NCBI GenBank assembly: GCA_964408855.1
Contig: CAYPBB010000004.1
Coordinates: forward strand, 51,764 to 115,763
Source: an uncultured Ectothiorhodospiraceae bacterium
GTDB taxonomy: Bacteria; Bacteroidota; Ignavibacteria; SZUA-365; GCA-2699105
Length of the DNA stretch: 64,000 nt
Direction of reading: 5' to 3'
Numbering within the stretch: the first letter of the stretch is position 1; every line of letters begins with the position of its first letter. Positions 10,138 through 20,529 of the stretch are shown here, in pieces. A program made the position numbers and the translations under genes. The notes under the pieces are model-generated. The model saw only the letters and a program-made list of their open reading frames with translations, did no database searches and was not told where the DNA came from.

Positions 10138-10914
10138 ATGAAATACAGCATCGCACTCATCCTGTTTTTTCTTTCCGTTAGCACTCTGTTTGCCCAGAGC
10201 GCGGCAAACAAGCCGCAGGAATTGCGCTTCCATGAACGCATGTCCGAATCCATCAGCCACATGTCGGCAGAAGCGCCGCGGATACCGGCATTACCTGCCG
10301 ATGAAAAGCTGCCCGGGCAAAAAAGCAGGTTTCTCGGGACGGTGTATTCATTACTGCTTCCGGGCATGGGTGAATTATATGCCGGGAAGTTCGAACGGGG
10401 ACGGCTGAATCTCATCATCGAAGGGATTCTGTGGCTGGGATTTACGGGACTCTCGTCCTACGGCGGGTGGGTCGACGATCAGGCTAGAACCTTCGCGGCG
10501 GTGCATTCAGGCGCGAATTTTGACGGGAAAGATGACGGATACCGGACAGATATCGAAAACTTCGACGACATTTATGCATACAACAACGCTCGTCTGAACG
10601 ATAACAATCTTCAAGCCCTGTATCCGGACGATCCTTCGGCGGGGTATTACTGGAAGTGGGACAACTCCGCAAACAGGGATAAATACGAGACGATGCGCAT
10701 CAAATCCGATGAGATGTACAACGGCGCCAACTTCGTCGTTATCGGGATGATTGCGAATCGTATCTGGAGCGCTATCAAGGCATCGCTTGCCGTTAGGGAT
10801 CACAATAGCGAATTGAAACAAAACCTCGGCTATCTGCCCGATATGCAACCGAGAGTAACAACGTGCAATGGAACCGTCGATGGTATAGAATTCCAGTTTT
10901 CGACGCGTTTTTAG
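10138..10914 (+). CDS. hypothetical secreted/outer-membrane protein
   Basis: Signal peptide MKYSIALILFFLSVSTLFAQSA. C-terminal residue F. LLPGMGELYAGK motif of a Bacteroidota-type family of unknown function. Confidence 0.5.
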   Translation: MKYSIALILFFLSVSTLFAQSAANKPQELRFHERMSESISHMSAEAPRIPALPADEKLPGQKSRFLGTVYSLLLPGMGELYAGKFERGRLNLIIEGILWLGFTGLSSYGGWVDDQARTFAAVHSGANFDGKDDGYRTDIENFDDIYAYNNARLNDNNLQALYPDDPSAGYYWKWDNSANRDKYETMRIKSDEMYNGANFVVIGMIANRIWSAIKASLAVRDHNSELKQNLGYLPDMQPRVTTCNGTVDGIEFQFSTRF

Positions 10915-11129
10915 GGATTTTCGCATTTCCTCAGATTAATATTTGCTAAATATTTCACGATATCGTAACAATTACGTTGCGAGTGCGTATATTGGAACTG
11001 TTGGTTATATCCTGACTGTTCTTTGAAAAAGTGACTGATGAGTGTAACAAATGTACTTGCCGGTACGTCTTATACCTGTACCAGGTATTTGTCATTGACA
11101 GACACAATAAAAAGACCAATGATACGTCT

Positions 11130-11813
11130 ATGCATACGAATGAGCCTATCGAGAAACTATTGACACGGAAAGAACGCGAGCGTTTGCTTCGCAGAAGCGA
11201 AATCCTTGCGGCCGCACGCGAAGTATTCGCGCTGAAAGGATTCGCCGAAGCCACGCTCGACGAGATTGCCGAAAAAGCGGAATTCGGGAAAGGAACGCTG
11301 TATAACTACTTCGCAAGCAAGGAAGAACTGTTCGCCGCCGTTATCACGGAAGGGTACAACCATGTTGTCGAAGTGCTGGAAACCATCAGCAAGGAAGAAA
11401 GCGACAATTTTGTCGAAACATACCTCGAAATTTCTCGTATTCTCCTGACGCATCTGATGAAAGATGTGGGACTGTTTATCCTTCTTCTCCGCGATAGTCA
11501 ACCGGTAGCTCACAGCAAGCTGATGGAATATTTTCCTCTGCTTGTCGATCTGACCGAACGCCCTCTTAAACGGGCGATAGCAAATGGAACGGCAAAACCA
11601 TGCCCAACCTCCGAGGTTGCATCGATTTTCATCAGCACCATTTTTTCCATGTTCAAGCATCACTATTTCATGGAAACGGCAAGCTGCCACGAAATGAGGT
11701 TCGATTCTATCCCAACATACTCGCAAGAGGAGATCGAAAAACAGATAGTCAAAACCGAAGAGATATTAATGATGACCTTTTTTGAGGGAATCCTGTCGAA
11801 ACGAGACGAATGA
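11130..11813 (+). CDS. TetR/AcrR family transcriptional regulator
   Basis: N-terminal HTH (EILAAAREVFALKGFAEATLDEIAEKAEFGKGTLYNYF) typical of TetR. In-frame ATG at 11130. Lies upstream of the efflux operon. Confidence 0.8.
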   Translation: MHTNEPIEKLLTRKERERLLRRSEILAAAREVFALKGFAEATLDEIAEKAEFGKGTLYNYFASKEELFAAVITEGYNHVVEVLETISKEESDNFVETYLEISRILLTHLMKDVGLFILLLRDSQPVAHSKLMEYFPLLVDLTERPLKRAIANGTAKPCPTSEVASIFISTIFSMFKHHYFMETASCHEMRFDSIPTYSQEEIEKQIVKTEEILMMTFFEGILSKRDE

Positions 11814-11886
11814 TATGTGTGGCGCCGGATGAACGGCCCGGCGCCGGTTTCTATCCGAAATCATAACGATATAACAGGAACACTGA

Positions 11887-13224
11887 ATGATTTACAAACT
11901 CTCTTTGTCCATCGTCTTCGCTCTTTGCGTCTCAGCCCAAATGGCTGTTGCACAGCAGGTGATTACGCTGGACGATGCAATTCGGATTGCGTTGGAGAAC
12001 AACCGCGATTTGAAAATCGCCGATCTCGAGACGCAGAAAGCCGACGCGCAGGTACGCCAGGCGTACGGTTTGGCGATGCCGAGTGTGACAGCTTCCGGGG
12101 ATTATGCGCGCGCATTGAAGAAACAAGTGTTTTTCCTTCCGGCAAAGTTCATGGATCCCGATGCGCCGGATGGAAAAACCGTACCGATAGAAGTAGGCTC
12201 CGATCACTCGCTGACGATGGGATTTACGGCATCGCAGGTGCTGTTCAATTCCGCCGTTTTCACCGGCGTCGGAACCGCCAAAATTTACCAGCAGGCATCG
12301 CGCGAACTTCGGACTGCGACGCATCAGTCGACCATCGCAAAAACCAGGCGCTCGTTCTATCAGGTGCTGTTTATCCGCGATGTGCTCGAACTGACCCGCG
12401 CCAGTTTCAAGAATGCGGAAGACAATCTGAATAACGTCCGCATTCTGAATAGGCAGGGTATCGTATCGGATTACGATCTCATCCGCGCGGAAGTACAGAC
12501 CGAGAACATTCGTCCAATGGTAACCCAGGCCGAGAGCAATGTTGTGCTTGCCGAAAACGGACTGAAGATGACGCTCGGACTTTCGCCTGACAAGGATATC
12601 CAGATCGATGGAGATCTGGAATTCATCCCTGTCGACGCCGCCGTTCTTCAACGTGCCGACGAACTGCTGCTCGAGAACAATGCGAGTCTCAAGGCGCTTA
12701 GCCTGCAATCGGAAGTGAACGACGAACTTGTCGCGATCAATCGTTCCGAATATCTGCCGACGCTCGCAGCGTATGGTACGTACCAATGGCTCGGACAGAA
12801 CAACGAGTTTTCGAAACTGACCGACGATCTGATATCCACCTCGCAGGTAGGGCTGAACATCAGTTTGAATCTGTTCAACGGATGGCAGACCACCGCGAAA
12901 GTCGATGCCGCGAAAATCGCCTACTATCAGAGCCAGGAGCAACTCATGGCGGCAAAAGACGCGATGAAAACGCAATTGCGGAATATCCGTTTCAAGCTTG
13001 AAGAAGCCCGCAAGCGGATCGAAGCTCAGGGCAAGACAGTGGAACAAGCCGAGAAAGGCTACAAAATTGCGACGACGAGGTATTCCTCCGGATCGGGTAC
13101 CCAGCTTGAAGTGAACGACGCCGACGTTGCATTGATGCAGGCGCGAGTCAACAAGGCGCAGGCAGTCTACGATTACAATGTCGCCAAAGCCGACCTGATG
13201 GAAATTCTCAACATCGAAGAATAG
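11887..13224 (+). CDS. TolC-family outer membrane efflux protein
   Basis: 445 aa. Signal peptide. Two repeated alpha-helical/beta-barrel halves. LDDAIRIALENNRDLK-type N-terminal motif typical of outer membrane factors. Confidence 0.85.
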   Translation: MIYKLSLSIVFALCVSAQMAVAQQVITLDDAIRIALENNRDLKIADLETQKADAQVRQAYGLAMPSVTASGDYARALKKQVFFLPAKFMDPDAPDGKTVPIEVGSDHSLTMGFTASQVLFNSAVFTGVGTAKIYQQASRELRTATHQSTIAKTRRSFYQVLFIRDVLELTRASFKNAEDNLNNVRILNRQGIVSDYDLIRAEVQTENIRPMVTQAESNVVLAENGLKMTLGLSPDKDIQIDGDLEFIPVDAAVLQRADELLLENNASLKALSLQSEVNDELVAINRSEYLPTLAAYGTYQWLGQNNEFSKLTDDLISTSQVGLNISLNLFNGWQTTAKVDAAKIAYYQSQEQLMAAKDAMKTQLRNIRFKLEEARKRIEAQGKTVEQAEKGYKIATTRYSSGSGTQLEVNDADVALMQARVNKAQAVYDYNVAKADLMEILNIEE

Positions 13225-13241
13225 AAAGTAATACAATACAT

Positions 13242-14330
13242 ATGAAATCCGGATTTACTATGAACTCACGCATCAAACACACGCTATGGAAATATCTGGC
13301 TGCGCCGCTCGCGCTTGCCGGAATCGCGCTTTCCCTTTCTTCCTGCGGTAATTCCAACGCCGAATCGGCGGCGGATGAAACCAAACGCCCCGACGACGTT
13401 GTCAATGTCTCGGTCGAAACAGTGCAGAAAACGGACTTCTACGAACGCCTGAAACTTTCCGGCGCCATTAAATCCTTCGAAGACGTCAAACTCTCCTCCG
13501 AAGAAGGCGGCAAGCTGGTGAAATGGGTGGCCGGCAAGGGTTCGCGCGTTTCGGCGGGAACCATCATTGCCCGTCTCGACAGCAGTCTGCTGAAGCCGCA
13601 GTACGAAGCCGCATTGGCGCAGTACAAGCTGGCTCAGGTGACCTACGAAAAGCAAAAGAAGGTGTATGAAGAAAACGCCATCTCGGAATTGCAATTGAAG
13701 ACCTTTGAATACCAGCGCGATGCGGCGAAGGCGCAATCGGATCTGATGAAATCGAGATTCGAAAAGACGATCATCCGCAGCCCGATCGCGGGCTTCCTGA
13801 ACGACCGCTTCTATGAGGAAGGCGAACTGGTTCCGCCCGGCATGCCGTTGGCGCATATCGTCAGCGACTCCCGGTTGAAGATTGCCGCAGGCGTCCCCGA
13901 GCGATATGCCGGCAGACTCAACGTCGGCGATGCGGTTCAGTTCACGACCGACGCGTTCCCCGGAGAGGTATTCAATGGGAAGCTCACGTTCATCGCTTCC
14001 GCGGTGAATTCGGATAACCGCACTATTCCGGTTGAAGTCACCATTTCAGGCTCCGGTAAATTGAAACCGGACATGATCGCAACCATCAACCTGACGTTGA
14101 AGGCGGTGAAGAACGCGGTGGTAATTCCAAGCGACTATATCCAGCAGGTTGATATGAACAGGTTTGTTGTATATGTCGACAACAACGGAACCGCCGAAGA
14201 GCGCACCGTTACCATCGAATCAACGAGCCAGGGAAAAGCGCACATCTCGAAAGGAATCGGCGCAGGAGAACGGCTCATTACCCTTGGGTTCCAGAACGTT
14301 TCCCAGGGACAAAAAATCAACGTGAAGTAA
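13242..14330 (+). CDS. efflux RND transporter periplasmic adaptor subunit (HlyD/MFP family)
   Basis: Lipoprotein-like N-terminus (LSSCGNS). Coiled-coil hairpin region. Beta-barrel/MP domain motifs. Position between TolC and the RND pump. Confidence 0.85.
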   Translation: MKSGFTMNSRIKHTLWKYLAAPLALAGIALSLSSCGNSNAESAADETKRPDDVVNVSVETVQKTDFYERLKLSGAIKSFEDVKLSSEEGGKLVKWVAGKGSRVSAGTIIARLDSSLLKPQYEAALAQYKLAQVTYEKQKKVYEENAISELQLKTFEYQRDAAKAQSDLMKSRFEKTIIRSPIAGFLNDRFYEEGELVPPGMPLAHIVSDSRLKIAAGVPERYAGRLNVGDAVQFTTDAFPGEVFNGKLTFIASAVNSDNRTIPVEVTISGSGKLKPDMIATINLTLKAVKNAVVIPSDYIQQVDMNRFVVYVDNNGTAEERTVTIESTSQGKAHISKGIGAGERLITLGFQNVSQGQKINVK

Positions 14331-14367
14331 CTCATCCGCGAAGCGGAATAATCTGAAGGAATACAAT

Positions 14368-17300
14368 ATGCGTATCTGGAACGTAGCGATTGATAATAGA
14401 GTCGCCGTTTACATACTGATAATGATTATCGTTATCATCGGAGCGCAAGCATACATGTCGATGCCCCGCGAGGCGGCGCCGGATATCACGATTCCGTACG
14501 TCATCGTATCGGTTCCGTATGTCGGCGTCAGCCCTACCGACATGGAAGGTCTTGTCACAAAACCGCTCGAACGGGAATTGAAAACGCTGAAAGACGTGAA
14601 GCAAATCACTTCGTCGTCGAGCGAAGGCGTTGCGTCCATTTCTGTGGAATTCAATTCGGGCGTGGATATCGACGAGGCGTTGCGCCGCGTCCGTGATAAA
14701 GTAAATACAGCCCGTCCCGATTTACCGGACGATATTCTTGAACCGATCATCATGGAAATCAACTTCTCCGAGTTCCCGATCATGTACGTGAACGTCGGTG
14801 GAAAGGTCGGTCTGGCGAAACTGAAAAGCATCGCCGAAAACTATCAGGACGATTTTGAAGCCATTCCGGGCGTGATCAGCGCGGAAATCACCGGCGGCTT
14901 GACCCGCGAAGTGCAGATCAATTGCGACGTCAACCGGTTGAAAGGCTACGAAGTGAGTTTTGGCGATATCTCGAACGCGATATCTGCCGAAAATCTCACG
15001 ATCCCCGGAGGATCGATCAACAACGGGAGAACGGAGTTTTCTGTCCGCGTGCCCGGCGAATATAAAAACCCGAAACCGATCGAAGATATCGTCGTGAAAA
15101 CCCGGAACGGGCAGCCGATATATATCCGCGACGTAGCGACGGTGGATTATTCGTTCGAAGACCGCAGCACCATCAGCCGGTTGAACAAGGAACCGGTAGT
15201 GACCATGACAATCAAGAAACGCGCGGGCGAAAATCTTATCCGTATCGCCGATCAGGTAAAGGAAGTGATCGAAAAACGCGCAGCGACCCTCCCGAATGGC
15301 GTGGATATTTCCGTCTCGAACGACCAGTCCATCGAAATCAAGCGGTCGGTGTTTGAATTGGAAAACAGCGTTTTGACGGGTATGTTCCTCGTCGTTATCT
15401 GTCTTTTTGCGTTCTTCGGCCTGAAAAACGCGCTGCTTATCAGCACTTCGATTCCGTTATCGATGCTGATCGGTGTCGGCGTACTTTCGGTCATGGGTAT
15501 CACGCTCAACTTCGTGGTGCTTTTCGCTCTGGTACTTGTGCTCGGTATTGTGGTGGACGACGCCATCGTCGTCATCGAAAATATTTACCGGCATCAGCAG
15601 GAGTTCGGCAAGTCACTGATTCAGGCCGCGAAGGATGCAACGAAAGAAGTGGCAATACCGGTTGTGACCGCAACCGTCACCACGATCTCTGCTTTCATGC
15701 CGCTGCTGTTCTGGCCGGGCATTGTCGGCGACTTCATGAGCTACCTGCCGATCACGGTCATTTCAACGATGCTTGCGTCGCTGCTTGTTGCGCTTGTCAT
15801 CAGTCCGGTGCAAGGCTCGGTGTTCATCAACTACAAGAAAGAGATTGCCAAAGCGAAGGAATCGCTCGATCATCCGACATTCTGGAAGCGCTACAATCCG
15901 TTCACCATCATTTACCACTGGGTCGATCATAGGTTCTTTCCGGGAGCGCAGCGCCGGTACGTGGGTACCCTACGGTGGACGATGGCTCATAAGGGATTAA
16001 CGCTGCTTCTGTCGTTCGGCGGTCTGGTATTCGTACTGGTTCTCTTTGCCATGTTCAATACCGGCGTGGAATTCTTCCCGTCGACCCAGCCGAACAGCGT
16101 CACGGTCGGTATCGAAATGCCTTCCGGCACCCCACTCGAGGTCACCGACCGCGCAGCGCGGATGGTGGAAGAGCGACTTAAGAATATCCGCGGCAAGGAA
16201 GATATCGAATTCGTGGTGACCAACATCGGTCAATCAAGCGACGCATTTGATTTTTCTGGATCGAAACCGGCGAACAAAGCATCGATCGCCTTGCAGTTAT
16301 ACAAAAAGGCGGACCGCAAATACAATTCGTTCGAAACGCTGGAGGAAATCCGTAAAGCGGCAGTCGGTATTCCCGGCGCCGAGGTCAAGGTGGATAAAGA
16401 GCAACATGGACCGCCGGTCGGCGCGGCCGTCAGTATCGAAGTATCCGGCGACGATTTTGCGACTTTGCGCTCGCTTTCTCAGCGTGTGCAGAACACTATC
16501 AAGTCGGTCCCCGGTCTTGTCGACTTGAAAGACGACTATAATCAGGGCAAGCCCGAGGTTGAAGTCATCATCGACCGCGAAAAAGCGGCGCTCTACCAGA
16601 TGTCCACCGGTCAGATTGCAGGCGTTGTCCGCAGCGCCATCAACGGCTTCGAAGCCTCGCAATACCGTGTCGGCGAAGACGAGTACAAGATCATGGTACG
16701 GTTGCAGGAAGATCAGCGCACATCGATCGACGATCTGGAAAATCTGAACATTACGTTCATGAACAACCAGGGGAAATTGAAGTCCATCCCGCTCGTGTCG
16801 GTGGCGCAGATTGTCCGCAGCAGCGGTATCACCAATATCAAGCATAAGGACCAGAAGCGCGTGATCACCATAACAGGCGACGCGCAGGGAAGGCTTGCGA
16901 ACGATGTTCTCGCCGATGTTCAGAAACGGCTTGCGAGCTTCGCGTTGCCGCAGAACTACGAAATCAAGTTCTCCGGCGAACAGGAAGAGCAGGACAAGGC
17001 AGCGGCATTTCTGTTCCAGGCGTTGATCATCACCCTGCTTCTCGTCTTCCTGGTTTTAGTCACCGAATTCAACTCGGTGAAGGTGCCGATCGTGATCATG
17101 ATCTCGGTCTTCCTTTCGCTGATCGGCGTATTCATCGGTATTCTTATTACCCGAACGCCGTTCAGTATCATCATGACAGGCGTCGGCGTCGTGTCGCTTG
17201 CCGGTATCGTGGTGAAGAACGCCATCGTGTTGCTCGACTTCGCCAAACAGAAGCGCGACGAAGGAATGGGTATGGAAGAAGCCTTGCTCGAAGCAGGCCG

Positions 17301-17601
17301 CACACGCCTCCGCCCGGTACTTCTAACCGCGGCGACAACCGTACTCGGCGTTCTGCCGCTCGCCACCGGCGCCGATATCGATTGGCGCAATCTGAAACCT
17401 GTCATCGGGGCGGAAAGCGGCGACTTCTGGCGTTCGCTTGGTATCGCCATCATCTTCGGTTTGTCGTTCTCTACATTCCTTACGCTGGTGATCATCCCGA
17501 CGATCTACGCATGGCTCGAATTGAAGCTCGACGCTATCGGCGCGCGCATCAAACGGCTCCTCGGACGCAAGGAACCGCTGGTCGAAGCAGTGGAAAACTA
17601 G
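14368..17601 (+). CDS. efflux RND transporter permease (AcrB/HAE1 family)
   Basis: 1077 aa. 12-TM architecture with two large periplasmic loops. Conserved AcrB motifs (VVDDAIVVIENI, LLTAATTVLGVLPLA). Confidence 0.9.
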   Translation: MRIWNVAIDNRVAVYILIMIIVIIGAQAYMSMPREAAPDITIPYVIVSVPYVGVSPTDMEGLVTKPLERELKTLKDVKQITSSSSEGVASISVEFNSGVDIDEALRRVRDKVNTARPDLPDDILEPIIMEINFSEFPIMYVNVGGKVGLAKLKSIAENYQDDFEAIPGVISAEITGGLTREVQINCDVNRLKGYEVSFGDISNAISAENLTIPGGSINNGRTEFSVRVPGEYKNPKPIEDIVVKTRNGQPIYIRDVATVDYSFEDRSTISRLNKEPVVTMTIKKRAGENLIRIADQVKEVIEKRAATLPNGVDISVSNDQSIEIKRSVFELENSVLTGMFLVVICLFAFFGLKNALLISTSIPLSMLIGVGVLSVMGITLNFVVLFALVLVLGIVVDDAIVVIENIYRHQQEFGKSLIQAAKDATKEVAIPVVTATVTTISAFMPLLFWPGIVGDFMSYLPITVISTMLASLLVALVISPVQGSVFINYKKEIAKAKESLDHPTFWKRYNPFTIIYHWVDHRFFPGAQRRYVGTLRWTMAHKGLTLLLSFGGLVFVLVLFAMFNTGVEFFPSTQPNSVTVGIEMPSGTPLEVTDRAARMVEERLKNIRGKEDIEFVVTNIGQSSDAFDFSGSKPANKASIALQLYKKADRKYNSFETLEEIRKAAVGIPGAEVKVDKEQHGPPVGAAVSIEVSGDDFATLRSLSQRVQNTIKSVPGLVDLKDDYNQGKPEVEVIIDREKAALYQMSTGQIAGVVRSAINGFEASQYRVGEDEYKIMVRLQEDQRTSIDDLENLNITFMNNQGKLKSIPLVSVAQIVRSSGITNIKHKDQKRVITITGDAQGRLANDVLADVQKRLASFALPQNYEIKFSGEQEEQDKAAAFLFQALIITLLLVFLVLVTEFNSVKVPIVIMISVFLSLIGVFIGILITRTPFSIIMTGVGVVSLAGIVVKNAIVLLDFAKQKRDEGMGMEEALLEAGRTRLRPVLLTAATTVLGVLPLATGADIDWRNLKPVIGAESGDFWRSLGIAIIFGLSFSTFLTLVIIPTIYAWLELKLDAIGARIKRLLGRKEPLVEAVEN

Positions 17602-17628
17602 AAACTACCCCGATCCCCTTACAACGAA

Positions 17629-17657
17629 CGCGCTCCGCTTCTGCGGGGCGCGTTTTT
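17629..17657 (+). terminator. intrinsic terminator after RND pump gene
   Basis: Hairpin CGCGCTCCGC-ttct-GCGGGGCGCG followed by TTTTT. Confidence 0.5.
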
Positions 17658-17684
17658 GCGTTTGATGCCGTACGGACATTTTCA

Positions 17685-20303
17685 TTATTGAACGATGAAC
17701 GCTTTTCGCTGAGTGCCCGACGAAGATGTAAATTCCATTATATACAACCCTTTCGGGATGGAATGTAGTGGAATGAACAGCGGTTTCGATTCACCCTGAA
17801 TATTCTCGGCATCCACCGAAATAATCTTTGTTCCGAGCGAATTATAGATCGAAATAGTATTCCTGCCAGTATAATTCGATTTATTGACCAGATGAATACC
17901 ATCAGCGCTCGCTGTCACCGGATTCGGGTAAATGTCGAATTCGTCTGTTGTGTGCATAGCGCCGGGATTCTCCACACCCGTCGGTGTATTGGAGAGGTGG
18001 ATGCGCATCTCAGCTCTTCCGCCGGCGGAAGTGACGACGAGACGATTACCATTCATCGACCATTTAAAACCTTGACCCGTAATTGTGTCAGGTTCAAAGC
18101 CGAGATAGATTGAAAACACAACGTCAGCCACGCTCCGCAGCGTCAGATCAATAGACTTGGCGGCGATGTGGGTAAAGAGCGTCGCAGGTGCGTTCGATGC
18201 GAACACAGGTTTGCCGTTTAACGAACATGCCTTCGCCTTTTCCAGAAAGAGGGTAACTTCGGTAGTTTGGTCTGCGCCGATGATACCGAACTGTGCGTCC
18301 GATTCGATTGCTCCGAGAGCAGTCTTGACGCTGAATGGGGCGTTACTCTGCGCAACTGCGGAGACGAATATATCCGAACCGACGACGCAGCTCACCGCAT
18401 GCGCATTGAACGCGGAATCGACCTCCTGAAACACTGCCGACGCCGGAACCGGAGCTGGAACGAGCATCGTCTGAAATGTCGCAGCGGTTCCATTTGCGCT
18501 CGAATACAGCGCAGTGTGGTCTTCGAACTTCATGTACGAGGGAGCGTGTTTACGAACCGGCGTTTCGTAGGAAAGCGCCTGCGCGGTAGCTGTGACGTTG
18601 GCAAACAGTCGCTCGTTACCGCTCTGCCAGACGCATGTACCGGGAGCGGTCATCGAGAATGTACCTGCGGATTCCAAACCGTTTCCATGAATCTGATGGG
18701 TGAACCGATGCGGCGCGTTGGAGGTAACGATATCTTTTAGTATCACAAACTTGTTGTTGAAGAAGACGGATGTCCGTGATATCGTCGCATCCTGATATGT
18801 TGTCGATGCTGTTGAAACGCTGCCCCATTGCGAGGAAAGGGTATCCTCGATGTACGTATCCGCGCCGATGAGGAAATTTAATATCGAGGTCTGATCAGGA
18901 CCCTTCCCATCGACAAGAATGATGTTGTGGTTTTTTCCGTAAATCAGGCTATCGCGGTAACTGTATTGGTAGTACCCGGGTTCGATGGCGAGGAGTTCGC
19001 CCCCGGAAGCCATGATGAATCCCGTTTCATTCGCGTGCTTGTGTCCCGAACCGAATGTCGAACCTCCTGTGCGGGCGACGCCGTATTTTCCGATCAGTGC
19101 GAAGTATGTCGCGTCCGGCGACCATGACGAGCGGTAGACCACATATCCTGCTTCCGGCATGAAGGAAACACGCGGCGTCGATGGGGGAGTATCAAGCTCT
19201 TTGGCTCCGGCGCAGAGATATTCGATGCGCGAATCGTACGTCTCCGAAAGTGCGGCGAACAAGGCGTCGTCGGTAAGCGATGCCGTGCCGGAATAATTCC
19301 TCCACGCAGCTAGCGTATCGCGGAGACCCAGTTGGGCGATTGTTGCAAATTCCGGGAATCGCGTATCCATATACGTATCTTCGAATGCCGGAAGCCTTCC
19401 GTCCGGCAAACGGAGCGAGGCAATCCACCTGGTAAGATTGCCTATGCCGGGAGTATAGAGCATATTCCCCAGCAAACTTCCATTCACCGCAATGGCGTAA
19501 TCGTCGAATCCAATCGCGTTATTGCACGCCTGGAAGAATGGAAGAAGCGACATCATTGCGTACCGGAAATAGTACGGTCCTTCGCTGTAACCGTTCAACG
19601 CAAAAGTCCCCTGGTACTTGTTCAGAACGTCATGAATAAACCTATGGGTATATAAAAACCAGTCTTCGGTCTTCCTTCGAACGTCGGGAAGCTCGGAGCC
19701 TTTCAACGTGAGCGAAGCCATTCCGAGCGCTGCGGCAAGTTTAAGGGTCAGGTTGTTATGAAGTACGATTGGCGATCGAAGCTCGCGTTGCATCCCTTCG
19801 GCGAACGTGGCGAGCGTTCGCTCGACCGTGGTATCGGCAGACATCTCGTAGCCCCGGTAGAAGTCGTACGCTTCGCAGAACTGCATCAGCTCGACCGACC
19901 GCCATTGGTACTCTGAACTATTCGCCTGAACTGTCGGATCGATTTCGTGGAAATAGGTATGGAGCATTCCGGTAAGAGACTGGATCTCAGCGAGATCGAG
20001 CGCCGTGCCGTCTTCTTTCAAACCGACGGCCAGAACAAATGCGCCAGACTTGGCGATCCGCGAGCGTGTGATTTGTACATCCGACCGGTTGCGGGATTGG
20101 TTCAGTATCTGAAGATAGAGATTGCGGGTTCGAGTGTCTGAAGCAATTCTCTGTCGTAATTCAGGCAGTTTATCGGCCGAATACATCAGGAATGGGTGTT
20201 TGACAGTGAGCGTATCCCACTCGATGTACTGTGCGACGGCGGATTGAATAAAGAGAATGAAGAGAACACTCCCCAGGTAAAGCTTTGAAAACATATGCTG
20301 CAT
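17685..20303 (-). CDS. secreted polysaccharide-lyase-like (heparinase II/III-like) protein with T9SS C-terminal sorting domain
   Basis: 872 aa. N-terminal signal peptide. C-terminal roughly 80 aa matches the type IX secretion CTD pattern (YPNP...GxYxxEF...). The N-terminal alpha/alpha-toroid-like region resembles heparinase II/III / alginate-lyase families, but that assignment is weak. Confidence 0.5.
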   Translation of the reverse strand: MQHMFSKLYLGSVLFILFIQSAVAQYIEWDTLTVKHPFLMYSADKLPELRQRIASDTRTRNLYLQILNQSRNRSDVQITRSRIAKSGAFVLAVGLKEDGTALDLAEIQSLTGMLHTYFHEIDPTVQANSSEYQWRSVELMQFCEAYDFYRGYEMSADTTVERTLATFAEGMQRELRSPIVLHNNLTLKLAAALGMASLTLKGSELPDVRRKTEDWFLYTHRFIHDVLNKYQGTFALNGYSEGPYYFRYAMMSLLPFFQACNNAIGFDDYAIAVNGSLLGNMLYTPGIGNLTRWIASLRLPDGRLPAFEDTYMDTRFPEFATIAQLGLRDTLAAWRNYSGTASLTDDALFAALSETYDSRIEYLCAGAKELDTPPSTPRVSFMPEAGYVVYRSSWSPDATYFALIGKYGVARTGGSTFGSGHKHANETGFIMASGGELLAIEPGYYQYSYRDSLIYGKNHNIILVDGKGPDQTSILNFLIGADTYIEDTLSSQWGSVSTASTTYQDATISRTSVFFNNKFVILKDIVTSNAPHRFTHQIHGNGLESAGTFSMTAPGTCVWQSGNERLFANVTATAQALSYETPVRKHAPSYMKFEDHTALYSSANGTAATFQTMLVPAPVPASAVFQEVDSAFNAHAVSCVVGSDIFVSAVAQSNAPFSVKTALGAIESDAQFGIIGADQTTEVTLFLEKAKACSLNGKPVFASNAPATLFTHIAAKSIDLTLRSVADVVFSIYLGFEPDTITGQGFKWSMNGNRLVVTSAGGRAEMRIHLSNTPTGVENPGAMHTTDEFDIYPNPVTASADGIHLVNKSNYTGRNTISIYNSLGTKIISVDAENIQGESKPLFIPLHSIPKGLYIMEFTSSSGTQRKAFIVQ

Positions 20304-20529
20304 CGCCGAAAAATTCCTTTCACAAAACTACCTTTACAATGTCGTAATTCTCCGGGAATAATGCTGCCAATTCTTTCAAACGTCATGTTTAAATTGCATT
20401 CGAAAACTGGAAAATGGCGGCGGTTCCCACTCGGGGTATCGTTTCCCGGAGGCATTCATCTGGTTCTGGCGTGGAAGAGAATCTGTAAGTTGTTTTATTT
20501 CAATGAAAAATAGTCTATATTTGTTGACT

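Noticed and set aside
11932-13236. 434-aa ORF on the minus strand
   Set aside because: Fully antisense to the well-supported TolC-family gene. High-GC genomes generate long spurious antisense ORFs, and it has no motif or RBS.
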